Positions 29,901 to 38,924 of a DNA stretch of 64,000 bases are shown here, in pieces; the first letter of the stretch is position 1, and the number at the start of each line of letters is the position of its first letter. This stretch comes from an uncultured Verrucomicrobiae bacterium (GTDB lineage: Bacteria > Verrucomicrobiota > Verrucomicrobiia > Chthoniobacterales > JAFAMB01). The notes below the pieces were generated by a model. That model saw nothing but the letters and a program-made list of their open reading frames with translations. It ran no database searches and was not told the DNA's origin. Position numbers and translations under genes: made by a program. The stretch spans positions 3,104,001 to 3,168,000 of the forward strand of contig CAWIPH010000002.1 in NCBI GenBank assembly GCA_963837955.1. Direction: 5' to 3'.

Positions 29901-30509
29901 CTATTCGTACCGCACAATCGCGGCGGCGATTGCTCTCGCGAGGCGTTCACGCGAATTGGAATCGGAGATCCTGGCAGCCTCCGCGGCGTTGGTCAAGAAC
30001 CCGCATTCGACCAGAATTGCGGGCAATCGATTCTTTCGCAAAACCGAATACCCGCGGTAGCGGACGCCCCGGTCAATGCTGGCCATCGCCTGGATCACCC
30101 GGGGATGCACTAAAGCAGCCAGGCGGAAACCGCGTTGGTTATAATAGGTCTCAATTCCGTAGGCTCCTTCGCGTCGACCCGCGTTGAAATGGATCGAGAC
30201 GAAGACAGCGTCACGTCCCGCGTACCGGTTCGCGACGTTCGTTCGCTCGGTTAAAGACACAAACGTATCGTCGTCTCGGGTGAGAACAACTTTGATGCCG
30301 GTACCATTCCCGAGTACCCGCGCCAGCCGCTTGGCGGTGTCGAGTGTAAACCCCTTTTCGGCGAGACGTTGGCCCGGCATTCCACCTCGATCACGCCCGC
30401 CGTGTCCGGGATCAATCACCACAACCGCGGGACGGGCCACAGCGCTCGCCGAGACCATGAGCGATAAGAGAAAGCATAAAGAGGCTCGCACCAAAGACAG
30501 ATTGGTCAT
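29901..30509 (-). CDS. N-acetylmuramoyl-L-alanine amidase (Amidase_3)
   Basis: VIDPGHGG, EK, FVSIHFNA, ILVECGFLTN. Confidence 0.93.
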   Translation of the reverse strand: MTNLSLVRASLCFLLSLMVSASAVARPAVVVIDPGHGGRDRGGMPGQRLAEKGFTLDTAKRLARVLGNGTGIKVVLTRDDDTFVSLTERTNVANRYAGRDAVFVSIHFNAGRREGAYGIETYYNQRGFRLAALVHPRVIQAMASIDRGVRYRGYSVLRKNRLPAILVECGFLTNAAEAARISDSNSRERLARAIAAAIVRYE

Positions 30510-31526
30510 CCAGCAATTTCCAAAAACCGTATAATCACCCGATCGAAATCCTCCGAGTTATCCAGATTCTAAAGATGACCGGCACCGGGAATGATCCGCG
30601 CGGACGCCAGGCATGAGTTGCTTCATCATTCCGGCATGACGAAAAAATTGGGGATTCCTGCTCACCATTCAGAACTAAGGCTGGCACACGAAACTCTTCC
30701 ACATTCACCTCTCTAAACCTTTCTACTGCACGAATTCATTGATCATCTCGGGTTCCCGAAACCATCCACCTGATCTGCGAAAATGCAGTTGAGAATTTTA
30801 TCGGCCAAAATAGCAAGCGGTGGACAGAACGGTGTCGCAAAGAATCAAGTGGAAGGTTCCCTCCGGATAATTTCACCGCGAACGGCTGAGCGATCATCGG
30901 AAAACTTGGTACTGAATTCTTATCGATTGCAGTGATTCGCGCGAGTGCCAGTCAGCATCAGCGCCCATTCTGCCGCTTCCTGCCAATCAAGTTCGCGGCT
31001 GCCGCCAGCGGTCAGGCGCATATTTAGCCCCCGACTATGTCCTTGGAGATCGGAGAGTCTGCCACTCTCACTTGCCGGGACCAGCCACCGGTTGAAAGCG
31101 CCGATGTTGGACAGAGAAAAGAATTCCAGAACGATTCGACCTCGCGACGATCGGTTGGAAGCGGCAAGAGGCTCTTTTGGCTGTCCTCACGTAAGCTTGT
31201 CTTCCAGATCGCTCGCGCTCTGCCCATCTTGGGCTTCGGTAATTCTCTAAATATCTGGCGCTGCCGCTGACGAGAGCTGAGAACTACGGCGGCCAACCTC
31301 GCAGAAGCACCGGCCTTAAATCTGCGACGATCACAAGCCTTCCGCCGGTCAAGTGGGAGCGGGATTAAAACTTCGGAAGGCTTGTTGTTGTCGTTTATAG
31401 ATTCTGCTCCTTTGGCTTTTTCCTGTCCGGCAAAGAATCGATTTTGTTAGTTTTAACTATGGTTTTCATTCGATTAGTAAGGCCGCTGGAGATAGTTGCC
31501 GCAATTGCAGACGCAAAGGAATGATC

Positions 31527-32180
31527 TCAACCGATCTGCAGCGCTTTCAACGTTGCACTGTCGATCCGGCCGGTAACCGGCACTTTATTGACTGATTGGA
31601 ACCAGCGAATCGCTCTGAGTGTTTGCGGACCGATTGCGCCGTCAACTGGGCCGTGATAGTAGCCTAGCTCGACTAGCTCTTCCTGAACCGCACGCTCGAC
31701 GCCGCTGTCGTAGTACGAATATGGGTAGTAGTTGTAGTACGAATATGGGTAGTAGTAATCTGGATATCCATAGCCGGCGAAGCCGAAATCGAAAAAGTCC
31801 CCATCAAACTCGTGAAAGTGACGATCGCGAAAGTCGTGATCGCGTCCACGGAAACCGTGGTCACCAAAGCGCCCGTGATCTCCACGATCAGAAAATCGAC
31901 CACCAGAAAATCCCCGCGTCCCGGTGAATCCGCCAAATCCGTGACCACCACCGAATCCGTGGCCACCGCCAAATCCGTGACCGCCGCCACCTCCACCAAA
32001 TCCGCCTCCCCCACCATGACCGCCACCACCCCCGCCTCCCCCGCCATGACCGCCGCCGCCTCCACCACCGCCGCCTCCACCACCGCCGCCTCCGTGAGCA
32101 AATGCAGCCATGGGCATCATCGCTAGAATGCCGGCCAAAACCAGGCCGGTAAGTGAACCTTTTGTTAGTCTCATAAACAA
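31527..32180 (-). CDS. Secreted Gly-rich protein with C-terminal peptidoglycan-binding domain (paralogue of 26153-26869)
   Basis: Signal peptide, poly-Gly and GGGHGF repeats, Tyr-rich tract, VQEELVELGYYHGPVDG...VTGRID. Confidence 0.82.
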   Translation of the reverse strand: MFMRLTKGSLTGLVLAGILAMMPMAAFAHGGGGGGGGGGGGGGGHGGGGGGGGGHGGGGGFGGGGGGHGFGGGHGFGGGHGFGGFTGTRGFSGGRFSDRGDHGRFGDHGFRGRDHDFRDRHFHEFDGDFFDFGFAGYGYPDYYYPYSYYNYYPYSYYDSGVERAVQEELVELGYYHGPVDGAIGPQTLRAIRWFQSVNKVPVTGRIDSATLKALQIG

Positions 32181-32332
32181 TCTTTCTGGAAAGACTGTGG
32201 TCTCGGGTACCCTTATCGGATAATCGAGTGTTCTGATCGCATATCAGCCAGCACGATAGGTGGCCGGATCATTCTGGAGGACAATTACCATCTCTTACCC
32301 AAGACCTGGTTGCGGTTCTTAGGCAGCCTCTT

Positions 32333-33277
32333 TTAAGGGCGGACGCTCACCGCAGATAACTCGTTTCGGATCGAATTGGCGAACTGATAAAACTCACCAG
32401 GGAGTCCTCCAAGCTCGCCGCTGGGGAGGGCCCAAGAAAACATCCGCTGAATTCGAAGACCAGGAATGTTAATTTGTCGAACGAGTCCCATAGCAATTTC
32501 CTGTTGAATCTCCCAACAGGAAAAGAAGCCCACCCCAAGACCCCCAATCACAAGTGATTTGATCGCTTCGGGGCTTCCTAATTCAAAACGCTGATCCAAC
32601 TTCCTCGGATTCACTCCGCCATCCTTCAACACACTTTCCACAATAGCTCGCGTACCTGACCCAGACTCCCGCCAAATCAAAGGCAGAGCCTCCAGGTCTC
32701 GAACGGACTTCAATCCTTCAATCGCGCGGCGGAGCTTGGGGTCGGGAATTCGAGGCGCACAAACCGGAACGATTTCATCGGGCATGAACGGCTCCAGGCG
32801 CACACCTGGACTACGCTGGTGGCCCTCAACTAGCCCGAGCCCCACGCGCTGTTGTCGAAGATGGTCCAGCACTTCTTCGGTGTTGCCAACGATCAGATGC
32901 AGAGCAGCCGCCGGGCAGTAGTGATGGAAGCGAAGGAAAATTCTCGGCACAAAATATCTCGCCACAGTTGTGCTGGCCGCCAGAGTCAGTGTCCCATTCA
33001 CTTCCCGGGTCCCATCCAGCTCCCGCAAAATCTGTTCGAGTTCGGCAAAGACGTCTTGCACTCTTTCCCGCAGATGGGCGCCGCGCTCGGTTAAAGAGAC
33101 TCCATTGGCTGAGCGTATGAACAGTGTTGTTTCCAGGTTGGCTTCCAACCTGCGGATGTGGCCGGTAACAGCTGGCTGGGAGAGATGAAGCCGGCGAGCT
33201 GCTTCCGAGATTTGGCCAGCTTCAGCAACCGTCAAAAACGTTTGCAGCAAAATCGGAGGTATGCGGTTAACATCCAC
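32333..33277 (-). CDS. LysR-family regulator, CysL/YeiE-like
   Basis: HTH EAARRLHLSQPAVT; ASTT, GNTEEV, GLVEG, RESGSGTR typical of CysL-like binding domains. Confidence 0.88.
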   Translation of the reverse strand: MDVNRIPPILLQTFLTVAEAGQISEAARRLHLSQPAVTGHIRRLEANLETTLFIRSANGVSLTERGAHLRERVQDVFAELEQILRELDGTREVNGTLTLAASTTVARYFVPRIFLRFHHYCPAAALHLIVGNTEEVLDHLRQQRVGLGLVEGHQRSPGVRLEPFMPDEIVPVCAPRIPDPKLRRAIEGLKSVRDLEALPLIWRESGSGTRAIVESVLKDGGVNPRKLDQRFELGSPEAIKSLVIGGLGVGFFSCWEIQQEIAMGLVRQINIPGLRIQRMFSWALPSGELGGLPGEFYQFANSIRNELSAVSVRP

Positions 33278-34135
33278 AACGGGACGATTCTAGAACGCAT
33301 GTCCTGGCTGTCCTACTCGCCGAGCCGACGAATGTAGTCCTTTGCTCTCCACAGCAAAGCCAATTGAATGATTCCTGTGTGTGTTAATGACGTAACAAAC
33401 ACAAGGATTTGAGAGGCCGGTCGTTTCTGTACCAGCTGCCGCAATCGTCGTCCGAACCGGATCTTCGCTTGCGCCTGAAACCGTTGCCGGCGAAAATGGG
33501 CGACCAACCGACCGAGTAAACCAACGAGCACTTCGCGTGCTGATGGCTCCCGTAATCGCTCAGTTGAATCCAGTTTCGCCAGGGGAGGTTCAACTTCTCA
33601 GGGTTTGGAGCGCCAATTTGATTCATGCTAAACGGTTTCTATTTCCTCGTTGACTAACTCAGGCCGGGATGATTCCCGTGCCGAAGTTAGAGAGTCTCGG
33701 ACGGCCTTGCCATCCAGTCAGCAACATGTCGATTAATCAAAGGCGGAAGGATCGCCTGTATCAGGCCGATCATCTTCGCTAGCTTCAACCTTAACCTGAT
33801 CATCTCGAGCTTGCTCGTTAGCTGCGCTCTTCAACGGCAACGCCGAAGAAGCAACGGCGATGGCTGCGACGCTGGTGTAGCGCGCAAGAATGCTTAATCC
33901 GTCTGATTGATGTAATCGACTCATATGTTCCACCCTGCGTTCTCGGGGGGGGAACATTTGTCATTCCTTGGCGGATCACTGTTGGGAAAAGCGGGCAAAC
34001 TCGTTCGCAACCCTTTTCCCCCAATCCTGCGGAATCCTAAATTCACATTATGTTAGACGCCAGAAGTGCTCGCCGGTCCAAGAATTTGTTCACACACCGA
34101 AAGAAATGACACTTCATGGGAAACTCTCCTGATTA

Positions 34136-34172
34136 GTTATATGTGTTACATATAGCAATATCCGTGTCAAGC
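34136..34172 (-). promoter_or_regulatory. Second copy of the chr-type promoter/operator block
   Basis: GTTATATGTGTTACATATAGCAATATCCGTGTCAAGC versus GTTATACGTGTTACATGGAGCAATATCCGTGTCAAGC at 29559. Confidence 0.6.
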
Positions 34173-34468
34173 CACCACGCCGATTTCTTGTGTCTCACGC
34201 TGCTTCGCCAACTCCCGATGAGCCAGTGTCCGGCTTGAGCTAGGGAAACCAGGCATGTATGCGGAAGTCTCGCTGGATATGAACCAGCGATGAAAAAGAA
34301 GATTCGGCAAGGATCGCGGCACATGTTTACAACATCATACGCATATGTGTTGTCACGCGCCTTCAGCGCTTGATCGCCTATTTTCTGGTTCCTAGGGCTT
34401 CACCCTAGGCTATCTTGAGACACGCCTTCGGCGCTCGCGGCTATCCGCCGCGCAAAGCCCGATCGCTA

Positions 34469-34556
34469 ATCGCTCCATCGCTCCATCGCTCCATCGCTCC
34501 ATCGCTCCATCGCTCCATCACTCCATCACTCCATCACTCCATCACTCCATCACTCC
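34469..34556. repeat. 8-bp tandem repeat, 6x ATCGCTCC then 5x ATCACTCC
   Basis: Read directly from the sequence; 11 units. Confidence 0.95.
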
Positions 34557-34637
34557 ACCGTGGTGACCGCCGTTAGGGGCGGGCCCCGCCCGAAACGGCG
34601 GTCCGGCCGCGCACGAGGATGGACTGTTCGGAAAAGA

Positions 34638-34682
34638 TTGACTCTCGAGGGGAGATCGAATAAACGACGTTACACGTGTTAC
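34638..34682 (+). promoter_or_regulatory. chrB promoter (TTGACT-N17-TAAACG) with palindromic operator GTTACACGTGTTAC
   Basis: -35-like hexamer at 34638, -10-like at 34661; palindrome 34669-34682 overlaps the GTG start. Confidence 0.55.
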
Positions 34683-35641
34683 GAAAAGAAATATCCATCT
34701 CAGACAAGACGCCCGGTTCTTGGCTGTTCTTATTGTTTAATCTGCCTGCCAAGCAATCCAGCGATCGGGTCAAAGTGTGGCGCCGGCTGAAAAAATTTGG
34801 CGCTATCCAGCTTAAAACGTCGACCTACGTGCTCCCGGACGAGCCAGTCCATTACGAGCGATTTCAGTGGCTCGCCAAAGAGATTGTTGATACCGGAGGA
34901 GAGGCCACCCTGGTGCGGGTCAAAGACATCGAGGGCATGCCTCATGCCGCGATTGTTGCCCTGTTCAACGAAGCACGCGCCCGCGATTACGATGAGCTAT
35001 TTGAGCCCTTGAATCTCCTCATCAAAGACAGCAAAGCTCGCAAACAATCCCCGGAGACGTTTTCCAATCAGTTGCGGAAGCTTCGCCAGCGTTTTCAGGA
35101 GATTCGGGACATTGATTATTTTCAAAGCTCACGCGGCGAAGATTTGCAGAGGCTCCTGCAGAAAGCAGAAGCCCTTGAATCTCCCAAAAAGAAGCCTGTA
35201 ACGACAATACGGCTCAGAGCCGAGGATTATCGAAGCAAATCATGGGTTACTCGTCCTCGCCCGGAAATCGATCGGGTGGGCTCCGCCTGGCTAATCCGTA
35301 AGTTCATCGATCCTAGCGCCAAATTCGTGTTTGCCAATACTCCCGCCGAGTTCCCCCAGGCAATTCCGTACGACATGTTCGAGGTAGAGTTCAGCCATCA
35401 TGGGGACCACTGCACTTTCGAAACGCTAATCCAACGTTTCGGTATTCGCGACCGAGCCGTGCTCCGGTTAGCTGAAGTCATTCACGATGCCGACGTCGAA
35501 GATGACAAATTTCGCCGAGTCGAAGGCTTCGGAGTTGAGCAAATATTCAAAGGCTGGGCCAAACAGGGCCTGCGGGACCAAGAAATTCTCGCGAAGGGAT
35601 TCGAGTGTTTTGACGCGCTCTACGCCCAATTCAAAAGGTGA
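34676..35641 (+). CDS. chrB: Chromate-responsive regulator ChrB (ChrB_N + ChrB_C)
   Basis: RVKVWRRLKKFGA, WVTRPRPEIDRVGSAWLIRKFID, FSHHGDHCTFE. Confidence 0.92.
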   Translation: MLRKEISISDKTPGSWLFLLFNLPAKQSSDRVKVWRRLKKFGAIQLKTSTYVLPDEPVHYERFQWLAKEIVDTGGEATLVRVKDIEGMPHAAIVALFNEARARDYDELFEPLNLLIKDSKARKQSPETFSNQLRKLRQRFQEIRDIDYFQSSRGEDLQRLLQKAEALESPKKKPVTTIRLRAEDYRSKSWVTRPRPEIDRVGSAWLIRKFIDPSAKFVFANTPAEFPQAIPYDMFEVEFSHHGDHCTFETLIQRFGIRDRAVLRLAEVIHDADVEDDKFRRVEGFGVEQIFKGWAKQGLRDQEILAKGFECFDALYAQFKR

Positions 35642-36990
35642 TGGAAACTTTGTCCGCTTCAGGAAACGTCGATGACGCTCGACCAGAGAGCACGCAGCAT
35701 CCCAGCTTCGGGGAAGCCTTCCGGTTCTGGCTAAAGCTTGGATTCATCAGCTTTGGCGGGCCGACCGGACAAATCGCGATCATGCACACCGAGTTGGTGG
35801 AGAAAAGAAAATGGATCAGCGAAGCGCGCTTCCTCCATGCACTCAATTACTGCATGCTCCTGCCCGGTCCGGAGGCTCAGCAACTGGCCATTTATGTCGG
35901 CTGGCTCCTGCACAAGACGAGGGGCGGCATTGTCGCCGGAGCTTTTTTCGTTATCCCGTCGATCTTCATTCTTTGGGGGCTCAGCTATATCTATGTGACA
36001 TTGGGGAACCTACCCTGGGTCGCAGCGATCTTTTACGGTCTGAAGCCAGCGGTGCTCGCGATCGTCGCTGCCGCAGTGATCCGCATCGGACGCCGGGCAC
36101 TTAAGAATGAAGTGATGTGGATGCTGGCGGCGGCCGCATTTACAGCCATCTTTTTTCTCCATGTTCCATTTCCTCTGATCATCATCAGTGCGGCACTCAT
36201 CGGATTTCTCGGAGGTAAACGGAGGCGAGATAAATTCCTTGTCATCCGCGGTCACGGACAGGGAAAGAGCGACTCGGTTTTGGATGATACATCGGCAATC
36301 CCCGAACACGCGAAATCTTCCTGGAATCGCGCGCTTCGGGTTTGTGTTACCTGGGTCTCACTCTGGTGGGCGCCTGTCCTTTTGCTGGGCCTTTGGCTGG
36401 GTCCAAATCACACGCTGTTTCGGGAAGGGGTCTTCTTCAGCACCGCGGCCATAGTCACTTTTGGCGGAGCTTATGCAGTTCTGCCATACGTGGCCCAACA
36501 AGCCGTCCAACACTATGGCTGGCTTAGCGCCGGTCAGATGCTCGACGGACTTGGGCTGGCGGAGACTACGCCTGGTCCACTCATTATGGTCACACAGTTT
36601 GTTGGTTTCCTCGGTGGGTGGAACTATCCTGGCAGCTTACCGCCCATTTTGTCCGCCACCCTTGGAGCGTTGGTAACCACCTGGACCACCTTTGTCCCTT
36701 GCTTTCTCTGGATCTTCCTGGGTGGACCTTACATTGAACAACTTAGAGGCAACGAAGGACTGAGTGCGGCATTATCCGCCGTGACCGCCGCCGTTGTCGG
36801 TGTCGTCTTAAATCTCGCGGTCTGGTTTGCCTTGCACGTGATACTTCCTGGCAATGGCGCGGTCGATTGGTTCGCTATCATCGTCGGCATTGTTGCATTC
36901 ATCGGAATGGTCAGATGGAAGTGGGAAATTATACCGGTCGTTTTTGGCGCCGGATTCGCCGGCCTGATTTTTAAGCTGGTGATCGCCTGA
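35638..36990 (+). CDS. chrA: Chromate efflux transporter ChrA (long-chain CHR)
   Basis: KLGFISFGGPTGQIA, LPGPEAQQLA, TFGGAYAVL, AETTPGPLI. Confidence 0.95.
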   Translation: MMETLSASGNVDDARPESTQHPSFGEAFRFWLKLGFISFGGPTGQIAIMHTELVEKRKWISEARFLHALNYCMLLPGPEAQQLAIYVGWLLHKTRGGIVAGAFFVIPSIFILWGLSYIYVTLGNLPWVAAIFYGLKPAVLAIVAAAVIRIGRRALKNEVMWMLAAAAFTAIFFLHVPFPLIIISAALIGFLGGKRRRDKFLVIRGHGQGKSDSVLDDTSAIPEHAKSSWNRALRVCVTWVSLWWAPVLLLGLWLGPNHTLFREGVFFSTAAIVTFGGAYAVLPYVAQQAVQHYGWLSAGQMLDGLGLAETTPGPLIMVTQFVGFLGGWNYPGSLPPILSATLGALVTTWTTFVPCFLWIFLGGPYIEQLRGNEGLSAALSAVTAAVVGVVLNLAVWFALHVILPGNGAVDWFAIIVGIVAFIGMVRWKWEIIPVVFGAGFAGLIFKLVIA

Positions 36991-37024
36991 AGATGGTATG
37001 CGGAGATGCAACTCCGCGAATCTC

Positions 37025-37116
37025 TTTCCCGGGGTTAAAACCCCGGGCGGGGAGGGATCGCGTCCTCGCGATCCGCGGCGCACGAGGACGTGCGCCCTCC
37101 CCCTCTGGGGCAGAGA
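37025..37116. repeat. Composite REP-like hairpin
   Basis: CCCGGGGTTAAAACCCCGGGC and CCCTCTGGGGCAGAGA (as at 48519-48568) flank a GGGAGGG...CCCTCCC unit (as at 23173-23290). Confidence 0.75.
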
Positions 37117-37137
37117 ACAATCCCGGATTCCCAGCTC

Positions 37138-38694
37138 CTAGCTTCCCGATTCTACCTTCTTCTTATAGAACTCGCTGTGGGTGCGGCTGTAGAGAACATA
37201 GATAATCAGACCCAGGGCGAGCCAAACAAAGAAACGAATCCAGGTGATCACTGTGAGGCCAGTCATCAATCCGGTGCACAGGAAAACTGATATCAGCGGA
37301 AAAACCGGCGAGAACGGAACCCGGAATCCGCGCGGACGGCTCGGTTCCTTGCTCCGCAGAAAGATCACACCCAGAGAAACGAGAACGAAAGCAAAGAGTG
37401 TACCGATGTTCGATAGGTCGGCCGCGTCACCAATGTCCACGAACCCGGCGGGGATGCCAACGGCAAAGCCGGCGATCCAGGTCGACCAGTGGGGAGTTTC
37501 ATAACGTTTGTGGACAGAGGAGAAGAGCTTCGGCAAAAGTCCGTCGCGCGACATGGCGAACCAAATGCGGGCTTGTCCATACTGGAACACCAACAGCGAG
37601 GAAACCATTCCAGTGAGCGCTCCGATGATTATGACCGATTGAAATATGGGGGAAGCGCCCAACGCCTTTAGGGCATACGCCACGGGCGCTTCGGCAGCGG
37701 CACCAGAAACGAACGTCGTGTACTTCATCATCCCGAGTAGGACCACCGCAACACCGACGTAAAGAATGGTGCAAACAATGAGCGACGCGATGATGCCAAA
37801 CGGAATGTCCTTCTGCGGGTTCTTGGCCTCCTCGGATGCGGTAGAGACCGAATCGAAGCCGATATAAGTAAAGAAAATGATCGCCCCACCGGCCAGCACA
37901 CCCGTGAATCCGGATGGCGCGAACGGATGCCAGTTGGTGGCGTGCACGAGGCTACCACCCACAACCAGGAAGGTAACGATCGCCAGGATCTTCACTACAA
38001 CCATAAAATTGTTTGTACTCGCCGACTCGCGTACTCCGCGCACCAGCAACACCGTCAGGAAAAAGACGATCAGGAAAGCAGGCAGGTTGAAGTACGATCC
38101 GGTCCACTGACCTGCAGTCCAGACCGGGCTCGACCATTGGTCCGGCAAAACGATGCCGAATCCGGCAAGTTGTGCCTTCAAATAACCACTGAAGCTGGCA
38201 GCCACCGCGACATTGGACACCGCATACTCGAGGATGAGATCCCAGCCGATGATCCAAGCAAAAATCTCACCTAGCGTTGCATAGGAGTAGGTATAAGCGC
38301 TTCCGGCTATCGGTATCATCGAGGCCAATTCGGCATAGCAGAGCCCGGCGAAGCCGCAGGCGACTGCCACTAAGATGAATGAAAGGGCGATAGCTGGACC
38401 CGCCGGCGGACGGCCGTGCAAGAGCGCTCCCGAGAGATCGCCGTGCTGAAAGAAATTCATCAGTAGATCCAACACCTGCGCGTGCAGGAACGAAGGCGCT
38501 GCAAAGTGCTCGCCGGCTGCGGCCGTTCCGGTCAAGACAAAGATACCTGAGCCAATAATGGCCCCGATGCCTAACGCAGTGAGACTCCAGGGGCCAAGGC
38601 TCTTTTTCAAGCGGCGGCCCGAGTTCTCCGAGTCGGCCACTAATTTGTCGATCGATTTGCAGGCAAGAATTTGCTTCGGGGATCTATTATTCAT
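37138..38694 (-). CDS. APC-family amino acid permease
   Basis: GIGAIIGSGIF, CYAELASMIPIAGSAYTY, YIGFDSVST, AMSRDGLLP. Confidence 0.93.
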   Translation of the reverse strand: MNNRSPKQILACKSIDKLVADSENSGRRLKKSLGPWSLTALGIGAIIGSGIFVLTGTAAAGEHFAAPSFLHAQVLDLLMNFFQHGDLSGALLHGRPPAGPAIALSFILVAVACGFAGLCYAELASMIPIAGSAYTYSYATLGEIFAWIIGWDLILEYAVSNVAVAASFSGYLKAQLAGFGIVLPDQWSSPVWTAGQWTGSYFNLPAFLIVFFLTVLLVRGVRESASTNNFMVVVKILAIVTFLVVGGSLVHATNWHPFAPSGFTGVLAGGAIIFFTYIGFDSVSTASEEAKNPQKDIPFGIIASLIVCTILYVGVAVVLLGMMKYTTFVSGAAAEAPVAYALKALGASPIFQSVIIIGALTGMVSSLLVFQYGQARIWFAMSRDGLLPKLFSSVHKRYETPHWSTWIAGFAVGIPAGFVDIGDAADLSNIGTLFAFVLVSLGVIFLRSKEPSRPRGFRVPFSPVFPLISVFLCTGLMTGLTVITWIRFFVWLALGLIIYVLYSRTHSEFYKKKVESGS

Positions 38695-38801
38695 CGTCAG
38701 GCGCTCGCATCAGCACTCGGTTGTACTCGAGTCCTCAAAAAAAGCCGCAATAAAATAGACTTCGGGTCAATCGCGGCGTGGCGGCGTGACGGCGGTGACG
38801 C

Positions 38802-38891
38802 CCCATCTGTCACATGGGATGCATGAGGTGGATGCGACCTATGGGACACATGGGACACATCGGACATTGGGACACATGGGTCACATGGGAC
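38802..38891. repeat. Degenerate 9-bp tandem repeat (ATGGGACAC)
   Basis: ATGGGACACATGGGACACATCGGACATTGGGACACATGGGTCACATGGGAC. Confidence 0.75.
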
Positions 38892-38924
38892 CGATGCGAC
38901 ACAGCTCGCGCCGTCAGAAGGTCG

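Noticed and set aside
30510..31526. 1-kb gap as a possible riboswitch, ncRNA or small gene
   Set aside because: No riboswitch consensus or convincing ORF recognised by eye; an Rfam/BLASTX search is needed.
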